Below, one piece after another: positions 18,671 to 26,578 of a stretch of 64,000 bases of DNA (its first letter is position 1; every line of letters begins with the position of its first letter). Both the position numbers and the translations under genes were made by a program. The DNA is from Candidatus Altiarchaeota archaeon (GTDB taxonomy: Archaea > Altiarchaeota > Altiarchaeia > IMC4 > SCGC-AAA252-I15): assembly GCA_043804895.1 (NCBI GenBank), contig JAZDIN010000004.1, positions 72,887 through 136,886 of the forward strand, written 5' to 3'. The notes below the pieces were generated by a model that did not search any database, was not told where the DNA came from, and saw nothing but the letters and a program-made list of their open reading frames with translations.

Positions 18671-18739
18671 TGCTCCCTTCGGGATTTCCCACAAGACGTT
18701 CGTCTTGCTTAAATCCCGAAGGCGTACAGTGCATGCACC
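18671..18739 (+). repeat. 69-nt palindromic element built on the tRNA-Glu 3' end (copy 1)
   Basis: TGCTCCCTTCGGGATTTCCCACAAGACGTTCGTCTTGCTTAAATCCCGAAGGCGTACAGTGCATGCACC. The first 17 nt equal the reverse complement of the tRNA-Glu 3' end. Nearly identical to 20423-20491. Confidence 0.85.
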
Positions 18740-18771
18740 CTCGAAGAGGGTGCTATCCGCTTCGGTGCGAT

Positions 18772-18856
18772 GCGAAGTTGCTCTGGCAACTAGCATCCCA
18801 AAATCGCCCGGCGATTTTGAGGATCTGACGCGTCAGCTCAATGCTCCCTTCGAGCC
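18772..18856 (-). repeat. right arm of the inverted repeat flanking the GNAT-toxin cassette
   Basis: Reverse complement: GGCTCGAAGGGAGCATTGAGCTGACGCGTCAGATCCTCAAAATCGCCGGGCGATTTTGGGATGCTAGTTGCCAGAGCAACTTCGC. It also shares GGGAGCATTGAGCTGACGC with the sequence just 3' of tRNA-Glu. Confidence 0.8.
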
Positions 18857-19064
18857 ATAAACAGTTTGTTCAATTAAGGGGAAACTCCGGCAGAAAAGGG
18901 CACATTTTGGCTCAACAACCTCCCTTCCATCCCGGCCAAATAACAAGGTTGGATGAAGGGTCAGGTGTAGTATTTATAGTTGAGATATGCTATATGTTAG
19001 CAATAACCTCCCCATCTTTAGGTAGGCTTGTCCTATCTAACGATGGGCCCTCTGTGTGCTTCTG

Positions 19065-19610
19065 ATGAAACGGGCTGTTATTTTCATAGACGGTAGCAAC
19101 TTCTACCACTCCTGTTTGGACTCATTGGGCGCCGCCGACGTCAACTTCGGCAAGTTCGCCGCCAAACTATGCAGGAGCTATGAGCTTGTTGAAATCAGGT
19201 ACTATAACGCATCCATAAATCAGCAGATGGAGCCGGAGAAGTACAGGGAACAGCAGAGGTTCTTCGCCAAGGTGGCCAAGATACCGAAGGTGAAACTCAT
19301 ACTCGGGAAACTGAAGGCACGATTTGAGACGTGCACCCAATGCAGCAAGAAGACCAGGTATTTCGTGGAGAAAAATACCGACGTAAACATAGCAATTGAC
19401 CTGGTTGACTTGGCCCACAAGAATGTGTACGATATAGCGGTTATGGTCACAGGAGACGGCGATTTCAGCGGAGCAGTCAGGTTGGTCAGAACCTTCAGCA
19501 AGGAAGTCGAACACGCAAGGTTCAGGAAGAACTACTCGACAGAACTCAACAGGGCCTGCAACAGGGAAATAATACTAGACGAGGAATACATGAGAGATTG
19601 TTTACTATAA
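19065..19610 (+). CDS. NYN-domain (LabA/DUF88-like) putative RNase
   Basis: AVIFIDGSNFYHS and DVNIAIDLVDLAHKNVYDIAVMVTGDGDFSGAV motifs. Start taken at MKRAV. Confidence 0.8.
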   Translation: MKRAVIFIDGSNFYHSCLDSLGAADVNFGKFAAKLCRSYELVEIRYYNASINQQMEPEKYREQQRFFAKVAKIPKVKLILGKLKARFETCTQCSKKTRYFVEKNTDVNIAIDLVDLAHKNVYDIAVMVTGDGDFSGAVRLVRTFSKEVEHARFRKNYSTELNRACNREIILDEEYMRDCLL

Positions 19611-19684
19611 CCCACCCTTCCAGGCTAATGACTTGGGTTCCTCGAAGACCCAAGACTGCAGACAAATTCCAACCGTAAAGATAT

Positions 19685-19700
19685 TGCTCCCTTCGGGATT
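19685..19700 (+). repeat. 16-nt copy of the tRNA-Glu 3' end
   Basis: TGCTCCCTTCGGGATT matches 21407-21422 exactly. It is followed by a truncated T-arm-like CCGGGTTCGAGTC. Confidence 0.8.
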
Positions 19701-19781
19701 CCTGTACCGGGTTCGAGTCTCAAATTTTAATTACTAATTAAAGATGAGACATGCAAGTATAAAAATTCTCGGACATAATGA

Positions 19782-20027
19782 CTATCGATACACTTTGTCT
19801 CTATGTTCAAAACAGTTTATGAGTATCCTATCCTGTTCAACTCTATAAATAATCCTAAATGGTGGGACTCGTAGACTTCTGTGGTTTTTTAGTTCATGCT
19901 TCAGTGGCTTTCCCGCATCTGGTTGTTGTTCGAGCTTCTTGATTTGTTTGATTATCCTCAATCGAGTTGCATTATCCTTTATCTTCTTATACTCTTCCGC
20001 AAACTCCTGTGAGAAAATTATTTCCAT
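19782..20027 (-). CDS. relE: RelE/ParE-family toxin
   Basis: 81 aa. KPLKHELKNHRSLRVPPFRIIYRVEQDRILINCFEHRDKVY is the typical RelE C-terminal pattern. Downstream of an AbrB-type antitoxin. Confidence 0.8.
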   Translation of the reverse strand: MEIIFSQEFAEEYKKIKDNATRLRIIKQIKKLEQQPDAGKPLKHELKNHRSLRVPPFRIIYRVEQDRILINCFEHRDKVYR

Positions 20028-20030
20028 GAC

Positions 20031-20306
20031 TCATGCTATCAGAAGGTGATCTATCTCTTCATCTCCCATCTCCGTACTCGCCTTAACCACTTTACCGGAC
20101 TTTATCTGGGATTCGCTTTTAGTTATGCGCTCAATCAACTTTATTTCCTCCGATAACGCTGCATTATTTACCAACTTCAGGAGGATGTTACTCCCTTTGT
20201 TGAATACTATAAACTTTGATTGCGGCCCCAATCCGGCGTCCCTCCTAACTTCAGCAGGTATAACTATCTGACCATTCTGGCTCATCTTTGTTATAGCAAC
20301 TTCCAT
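20031..20306 (-). CDS. AbrB/MazE-type antitoxin
   Basis: MSQNGQIVIPAEVRRDAGLGPQSKF swapped-hairpin motif. Start taken at MEVAITK. Confidence 0.75.
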   Translation of the reverse strand: MEVAITKMSQNGQIVIPAEVRRDAGLGPQSKFIVFNKGSNILLKLVNNAALSEEIKLIERITKSESQIKSGKVVKASTEMGDEEIDHLLIA

Positions 20307-20422
20307 ATACAACACCTACAATACGTTTTAATATTAAAACATAGCATATTTGAGTTTAAAAATAGGGATTTACATAAAATCCCCCCTTCAGGATATATCC
20401 GAGTTTCGAACCCTCATAGGGA

Positions 20423-20491
20423 TGCTCCCTTCGGGATTTCCCGCAAGACATTCGTCTTGCTTAAATCCCGAAGGCGTACAGTGCATGCACC
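20423..20491 (+). repeat. 69-nt palindromic element built on the tRNA-Glu 3' end (copy 2)
   Basis: TGCTCCCTTCGGGATTTCCCGCAAGACATTCGTCTTGCTTAAATCCCGAAGGCGTACAGTGCATGCACC. Differs from copy 1 at two positions. Confidence 0.85.
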
Positions 20492-20607
20492 TTGACGGCA
20501 TAAAACATATGCTGATTGATACTATCCAAGAGTTAGTGAACATTATTCATTTTTATTCTTTCATTGCAGGTAATTAACTAGTCAGCATAAGATGGAGGAC
20601 TCTAAAG

Positions 20608-21078
20608 ATGGATAAACACATCACCTTCGGAATCTGGACGGCATTCGCGGTCTTCGCGATTGGAATACTAGTAGGCGCAATGATGATGGGGAACGCAATC
20701 CCAGCAGGACAATTCAGCACTCCTGACACTTCAACACAAAGATCAGTTGAGCCGGCTAACATAATACCAACCCCCCTTGAAGGGGAAGAAGATGATGGGT
20801 GTTGTATTTATAAGGATGAGACGTATTCGGGGGAGACGACCGAGGAAGAATGCGAGGATGATGAGGGCACCTGGTATGATGAAACGTGTGAAGAGATAAT
20901 ATGTGGTTTGTATGTTGGGAACCCTACGCTGGAGGAAGAGTGCATTACTGCCGAAGAATGTGAAGAAAAAAATGGCGGTGCGATAAATAAGATATGTCCA
21001 AGACTGGGTTCAGGTGACCCGCTAGGCGCCATAGACATAGAGGAGGACATAGTCTGTTGTTTACACCCGGGTGATTAG
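20608..21078 (+). CDS. membrane-anchored acidic Cys-rich protein
   Basis: N-terminal TM helix (FGIWTAFAVFAIGILVGAMMMG), then a Glu/Asp-rich region with 10 Cys (GCCIY, EECEDDEG, CEEIICG, EECITAEECEE, IVCC). No family recognised. Confidence 0.5.
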   Translation: MDKHITFGIWTAFAVFAIGILVGAMMMGNAIPAGQFSTPDTSTQRSVEPANIIPTPLEGEEDDGCCIYKDETYSGETTEEECEDDEGTWYDETCEEIICGLYVGNPTLEEECITAEECEEKNGGAINKICPRLGSGDPLGAIDIEEDIVCCLHPGD

Positions 21079-21312
21079 GTTTCGCTCAATTAGAGTGGCC
21101 ATCCTCTTGGGGAAGAAAGTGCCCGCGGAAAGAAAACACCTAGTGCATGTGTCTTCGAAGAAGTCGTTATTCATTCGTCTTATGCGTTCTGATGGGTCGA
21201 AAGACCCATCAACACCCGTAGTTTTCGCGAGCCTTTTGATAAAAGGCTCAATGCTCGCTTCGAGGAGCCCTTCCTTTGCGAAAGAAAGCGTATAGTGCAT
21301 GTACCTTCTGAT

Positions 21313-21360
21313 ATGTGGCGTAGCCACTGGCTACGACACGCGCCCGAGACAATGTCTCGG
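21313..21360 (+). repeat. multi-hairpin module copy, inside a hairpin-rich tract of about 340 nt (21060-21406)
   Basis: ATGTGG-CGTAGCCACTGGCTACG-ACACGCGC-CCGAGACAATGTCTCGG. Confidence 0.7.
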
Positions 21361-21406
21361 TCGCGAGGCACCATCCGCTCCAGTGCGAGCTGATGCGTCA
21401 GCTCAA

Positions 21407-21568
21407 TGCTCCCTTCGGGATTTGAACCCGAGTCGCCGGATTTCTCCAGGCAGGACCTAACGGTTCTGCCACCCGTTTTTCTTGGGGGGTGAAGCACCTT
21501 TCTTTTTTGAAAAGAAAGGGGCTCTCTGCGAAAGTCCGGTATGATAGGCCGGTCTACACTAAGGGAGC
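21407..21568 (-). tRNA. tRNA-Glu(UUC) with an 87-nt intron in the anticodon loop
   Basis: GCTCCCT-TA-GTGTAGACCGGCCTATCAT-A-CCGGA-CTTTCG|intron|A-TCCGG-CGAC-TCGGG-TTCAAAT-CCCGA-AGGGAGC-A. The D-arm GTGTAGNCCGGCCNATCAT is the archaeal tRNA-Glu signature. The junction could be 37/38 or 38/39. Confidence 0.85.
21442..21528 (-). other. tRNA-Glu intron (87 nt)
   Basis: CAGAGAGCCCCTTTCTTTTCAAAAAAGAAAGG...AAGAAAAACGGGTGG.... Both ends resemble the tRNA-Thr intron (GAGCCCCTTTCTTTC... and ...AAGAAAAACCGGGTC). Confidence 0.7.
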
Positions 21569-21629
21569 GTAGATTTGTTTTGTTGGTTATCCTCTCAGTA
21601 TATCTGAGATTCATATTAGATTAGTGTAA

Positions 21630-21713
21630 TCCGGTATGATAGGCCGGTATCTGGCTCGAAGAGCCGGATATGCGCGACCGCCGCAGCGTCGCATGCATCT
21701 ACACTAAGGGAGC
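21630..21713 (-). pseudogene. partial tRNA-Glu copy B: positions 1-31 with a 50-nt insert in the D-loop and no 3' half
   Basis: GCTCCCTTAGTGTAGA-[50 nt, 21648-21697, two hairpins]-CCGGCCTATCATACCGGA, then TTACACT and the hairpin AATCTCAGATATACTGAGAGGATA. The exon parts are identical to the complete gene. Confidence 0.6.
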
Positions 21714-21768
21714 GTTTGTGCGCTCTTTTTATCTATCCTCTCCGCGTGGAGATTCATTGCTCCAGTAG

Positions 21769-21850
21769 TCCGGTATGATAGGCCGGTGTCGGGCATGGGA
21801 GTGCCCGAGACGCCCGACGCGGATGCGTCGGATGCGTCTACACTAAGGGA
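21769..21850 (-). pseudogene. partial tRNA-Glu copy A: positions 3-31 with a different 50-nt D-loop insert
   Basis: (AA)TCCCTTAGTGTAGA-[50 nt, 21787-21836, two hairpins]-CCGGCCTATCATACCGGA, then CTACTGG and the hairpin AATGAATCTCCACGCGGAGAGGATA. The first two acceptor nucleotides do not match. Confidence 0.6.
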
Positions 21851-21878
21851 TTGGTTTTGTTATTAGGGGTCTTGTTTT

Positions 21879-21887
21879 AATATAAAA
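21879..21887 (-). promoter_or_regulatory. strong TATA box driving the tRNA-Glu array
   Basis: The minus strand reads AAAATTCTTTTATATTAAAAC (purine-rich BRE-like stretch plus TTTTATATT), about 27 nt upstream of copy A. Confidence 0.55.
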
Positions 21888-21933
21888 GAATTTTGGGCAC
21901 GGAGCTTGGAGGATAGGCCTTGCTCCGTGGTTT

Positions 21934-22242
21934 TTATTTGGTTAGTTCTATTTCGATGTGCACGCCGTCTGGTACTTGTATGCGCATTATTTGGCGTAGG
22001 CTTCTTTCGTTGGCGTCTATGTCTATTATTCTCTTGTGTATGCGCATGTTCCAGCGGTCCCATGTTTCTGTGCCGTCTCCGCTTGGTGCTTTGCGGGTGG
22101 TTATTTTCATCTGTTTGGTTGGTAGGGGGATTGGTCCGCTGTATTTTGTGCCTGTTTTTTTGGTGACGTCCACTATCTGGTTGCATACGTCGTCCAGTTG
22201 TCCTGTTTCCTTCCCGATTAGTATTATGCGTGCTTTCTCCAT
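21934..22242 (-). CDS. rps10: 30S ribosomal protein S10 (uS10)
   Basis: GPIPLPTK...[15 protein letters not shown]. 102 aa. Follows EF-1alpha as in archaeal str clusters. Confidence 0.95.
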   Translation of the reverse strand: MEKARIILIGKETGQLDDVCNQIVDVTKKTGTKYSGPIPLPTKQMKITTRKAPSGDGTETWDRWNMRIHKRIIDIDANERSLRQIMRIQVPDGVHIEIELTK

Positions 22243-22272
22243 CTTTGATTTAAAAATTTTGGAGAAGGAGAT

Positions 22273-23544
<1,272 letters not shown>

Positions 23545-23604
23545 TTTTAGCCTATCCTCCTTTAAATTTAGCTTTAGTTATTGTTGTCTTGTCGTATTAA
23601 ATAC

Positions 23605-25794
23605 TTATGCCATGTAGTCCTCTGCTTTGGGTAGTTCCCGTTTGAGCCCCTTCCTGTCGCGTATCTGGTTGACTACCTTCGTCTGTAGTTCGCTTGGGAG
23701 TCTTGCGAATCCCGCGTTTTCGGTGCTCCAGAGGGCGTGTCCTTCGCTTGCGCTCCTCAGGTCTCCTGCGAATCCGAATGATTCTGCGACCGGGACTTTG
23801 GCTTCTATGGTCACGAGCTCGTCTTTCTGGCTCATGTTGCCTACTATACCCCTCCTCCTTTGGAGTTCCCTTGTTATCGAGCCCATATACTGTTGCGGCA
23901 CGTCCACCCATATGTTCTGGACCGGCTCCAGCATGTTAGACTTGCTCTTGATTATGCAGGCGTACATCGGGTTTTTGACCGCGGGATATATCTGTGCCGG
24001 GCCCCTGTGTATGGCGTCCTCGTGCATTGATGCGTCCTCGAGTATGACTTTGACTTTTGTCATCGGTTCCTTGGCTAGTGGGCCGTTGTCCATGACCTGT
24101 TCGAATCCGTCAAGGAGGAGTTCCATGATTTCGTCTAGGTGTTGTACTCCGCGGGTCATGTCGACCATCATGTTGCCGTGGTACACGTTCAATACCTTTT
24201 TGGACTCTTCCTTATCCATGCCGAGTTCGTGTAGGGTCTGCCATATGTCCTTGCTCTTGTCTTTGCGGCGTCCCTCGTCTATCTCTCCTGCGCGTATGGC
24301 TTCGAATACGCCCTGTTCGAGTGGTTCGACGCTTATCTTGAACTTGTTGTGTTTGTTCGGGGACTTCCCTTCCAGTGGGCCGAAGCTGCCTTCTATTGTC
24401 TCCCTGTACACGACTATCGGCTGTGAGACGATGATTTCCAGGCCGCTTGCCTTTATCCTGTTTGTGATGACTTCGAGGTGTAGTTCGCCCATTCCGGAGA
24501 GGAGGTGTTCGCCTGTCTCCTCGTTGATTGCGGCGCGCAGGGTTGGGTCTTCCTTGGCTGTCTGCCTTAGGACTTCTATGACGCGCGGAAGGTCTTTCAT
24601 GTGTTTAGCCTCGACTGCGACTGTGACGACAGGTTCGCTGTGGTGTTTTATGGCCTCGAACGGCGCTATGTGTTCCTCGGAGACGGTTTCTCCTGCGTAT
24701 GCGTGTTTGAGTCCTGATATTGCCACGATGTTCCCTGCTGGGACGTATTCCACGTTCTGTCGTGATGCTCCCATGTACAATCCGACGTGGGTGACCCTTT
24801 CCGTAATTTTGGAGTTGACGAGGTATAGTTCCTGTCCTTCCCTGACGGTGCCTGAGAATATCCTGCCAGTGGCTACTTCACCTTCGCGTTTGTCGAAGGT
24901 CTGGATGTTCGTGACCATTATCGCGACCTTGCCTTTGGCGTCGCAGTTGAGCATGCTCTTTGCTATCTCGCTTTCCAGGTCCCCTTTCCATATCTGAGGT
25001 ATCCTTATCTTCTGCGCCTGGATTGGACTCGGAAGGTGTTTCACAGCCATGTCCAGTATTATCTGGTGGGCTGGAGCCCTTTGTGACAGTTCTTTATGCA
25101 GGCCTTTCTCGCAGTTGTCTATGATGTCCTTGAACGTGATGCCTGATTTTTTCATGTAGGGTACGTTTATCGCCCATTTGTGGAATCCGCTTCCGAAGGC
25201 TACTGAACCGCCGTTTACGTCAACCCTCCAGTCCATCCCCTCAGGCTGTTTCATAGAGATTATCTTGTTTATGTCTGCGATTATCTTCATGAACCTCTTC
25301 TGTAGCTCCTCTGGGGTTAGTTTGAGTTCGTTGATTAGGCGGTCTACCTTGTTGATTAGGACGACTGGCCTTACCCTCTCCTTCAGTGCCTGGTTTAGGA
25401 CGGTCTTCGTCTGTGGCATGACGCCTTCGACAGCGCACACTACTAATACGACGCCGTCGACTGCGCGCATGGCGCGCGTCACGTCCCCGCCGAAGTCCAC
25501 GTGCCCCGGGGTGTCTATAAGGTTGACTAGGTATTCCTTGCCGTCGTACCCGTGGGTCATCGACACGTTGGCTGCGTTGATTGTGATGCCGCGCTGCTGC
25601 TCGTCCTCATGGAAGTCCATGGCAAGCTGCCTGCCTGCGGTGTCCATGGAGATGAGGCCGGCGCTGGCGAGTAGGCTGTCGGTGAGGGTTGTCTTCCCGT
25701 GGTCAATGTGTGCTACGATTCCCAGGTTCCTTACCAATTCTAGATTCCCGACAACACGCATGACCCTTTCCGCTACTTGCTCTTGGCGTCCCAT
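23605..25794 (-). CDS. fusA: translation elongation factor aEF-2
   Basis: AHIDHGKTTLTD, DTPGHVDF and NKVDR. 729 aa. Carries the diphthamide-region HRGPAQ near the C-terminal third. Confidence 0.97.
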   Translation of the reverse strand: MGRQEQVAERVMRVVGNLELVRNLGIVAHIDHGKTTLTDSLLASAGLISMDTAGRQLAMDFHEDEQQRGITINAANVSMTHGYDGKEYLVNLIDTPGHVDFGGDVTRAMRAVDGVVLVVCAVEGVMPQTKTVLNQALKERVRPVVLINKVDRLINELKLTPEELQKRFMKIIADINKIISMKQPEGMDWRVDVNGGSVAFGSGFHKWAINVPYMKKSGITFKDIIDNCEKGLHKELSQRAPAHQIILDMAVKHLPSPIQAQKIRIPQIWKGDLESEIAKSMLNCDAKGKVAIMVTNIQTFDKREGEVATGRIFSGTVREGQELYLVNSKITERVTHVGLYMGASRQNVEYVPAGNIVAISGLKHAYAGETVSEEHIAPFEAIKHHSEPVVTVAVEAKHMKDLPRVIEVLRQTAKEDPTLRAAINEETGEHLLSGMGELHLEVITNRIKASGLEIIVSQPIVVYRETIEGSFGPLEGKSPNKHNKFKISVEPLEQGVFEAIRAGEIDEGRRKDKSKDIWQTLHELGMDKEESKKVLNVYHGNMMVDMTRGVQHLDEIMELLLDGFEQVMDNGPLAKEPMTKVKVILEDASMHEDAIHRGPAQIYPAVKNPMYACIIKSKSNMLEPVQNIWVDVPQQYMGSITRELQRRRGIVGNMSQKDELVTIEAKVPVAESFGFAGDLRSASEGHALWSTENAGFARLPSELQTKVVNQIRDRKGLKRELPKAEDYMA

Positions 25795-25803
25795 CTTTTT
25801 ACC

Positions 25804-26409
25804 TCATCTAGCTGATTGCGCAATCCTCTCAGTCTCCTCCTTCCTCTGGACCGCGTACGATTTAGACTCAGAATTAGAAGCCCATATTATCTCATCAGCG
25901 AGGCACTCCTCGATTGACTTGTTCTTGTTGAATGCTGTGGCGAACGCCCCAAGAGACAGGTACTTTAGTGCGAAGTCCACCCTCCTTTGCGTGGACACGT
26001 CAACTGACTGGTGGTATCGTATTCCACCGTATATGATTGTTGTAGTCTCCTCGCGGGGTCCTGCGTTCTGTATGGCGTCAACAAAGACTTGTATCGGGTT
26101 CTTCTTCGTCCTCTTCTCGACTATCTCAAAAGCCTTCTCGATTATGTTTATAGCGTTCAACTTCTTACCTGTGTTTCCGCCGCCCCTTATGTACTTGCCT
26201 GCGACTTTTTTGGTGCCCTGCCCTGAGCGCATCATCTTGTTTATCAGGCGTTCGACTATGTTCATCTTGCTTTTGCTGAATTGCTTCCCGATATACCTTC
26301 CTGAGGTGTGCGGTACGTGGATTGGGTTCAGGCAGATGTACCTGGCCATCCCCGCGTCCTTCAGCGTCACGTTATAGTCCCATCTCCCTAACAGTTTTAT
26401 GTCGGCCAT
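25804..26409 (-). CDS. rps7: 30S ribosomal protein S7 (uS7)
   Basis: IVERLINKMMRSG...KAFEIVEKRTKKNPIQVFVDAIQNAGPRE. 201 aa. Confidence 0.93.
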   Translation of the reverse strand: MADIKLLGRWDYNVTLKDAGMARYICLNPIHVPHTSGRYIGKQFSKSKMNIVERLINKMMRSGQGTKKVAGKYIRGGGNTGKKLNAINIIEKAFEIVEKRTKKNPIQVFVDAIQNAGPREETTTIIYGGIRYHQSVDVSTQRRVDFALKYLSLGAFATAFNKNKSIEECLADEIIWASNSESKSYAVQRKEETERIAQSAR

Positions 26410-26410
26410 T

Positions 26411-26578
26411 TTAGCTGAATTTCTGGAATCCTATCTTCTCCGCGACCTCTCTGAAGCAGCGCCTGCATATGTTGAGGCCGTACTTGTGTATGAGGCCCCT
26501 GTTTGTGCCGCATACGCTGCATGCGATGGTCTTGGAGTCCATCTTCTTGTTCTTTTTCGAGTCAGTCTTCTTCTTCAA
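26411..26578 (-). CDS. rps14: 30S ribosomal protein S14 (uS14, zinc type)
   Basis: My own translation (below the track cut-off): ...[43 protein letters not shown]. The ATG is at 26542; a TTG at 26578 would add a Lys-rich N-terminus and give 55 aa. The stop lies 1 nt before the S7 ATG. Confidence 0.8.
   Translation of the reverse strand: MKKKTDSKKNKKMDSKTIACSVCGTNRGLIHKYGLNICRRCFREVAEKIGFQKFS

Noticed and set aside
18603-18860. ORFs 18603-18860 and 20220-20495, which share the peptide APFGIS.KTFVLLKSRRRTVHAP
   Set aside because: The shared peptide is simply the translation of the 69-nt palindromic repeat. The ORFs have no start context or domain, and their similarity ends with the repeat.
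19701-19720. T-arm-like CCGGGTTCGAGTC, suggesting another tRNA gene
   Set aside because: No complementary T-stem 3' strand, acceptor or D-arm can be built on either strand. It is probably a fragment.
17498-21423. Classical integron with attC sites
   Set aside because: I found no RYYYAAC/GTTRRRY core pairs at the cassette borders. Cassette genes are in mixed orientation, and no intI-like recombinase or attI is in the window. The repeats are tRNA-derived instead. An integron-like logic is kept only as a hypothesis in the findings.
21180-21614. 144-aa minus-strand ORF covering the tRNA-Glu gene and the hairpin tract
   Set aside because: It runs straight through a well-folded tRNA and stacked hairpins, and its composition is basic and low-complexity. 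It is spurious.
21060-21870. Possible CRISPR array, because of many short repeated hairpins
   Set aside because: The repeats are not identical, their spacing is irregular, and the units are tRNA fragments or hairpin modules rather than repeat-spacer units. No cas genes are present.
23627-26377. Very long plus-strand ORFs (456 aa at 23627-24997, 399 aa at 25178-26377) opposite aEF-2 and S7
   Set aside because: They are antisense shadows of unmistakable, highly conserved genes. Their products are Ser/Leu/Cys-rich low-complexity strings with no motifs.
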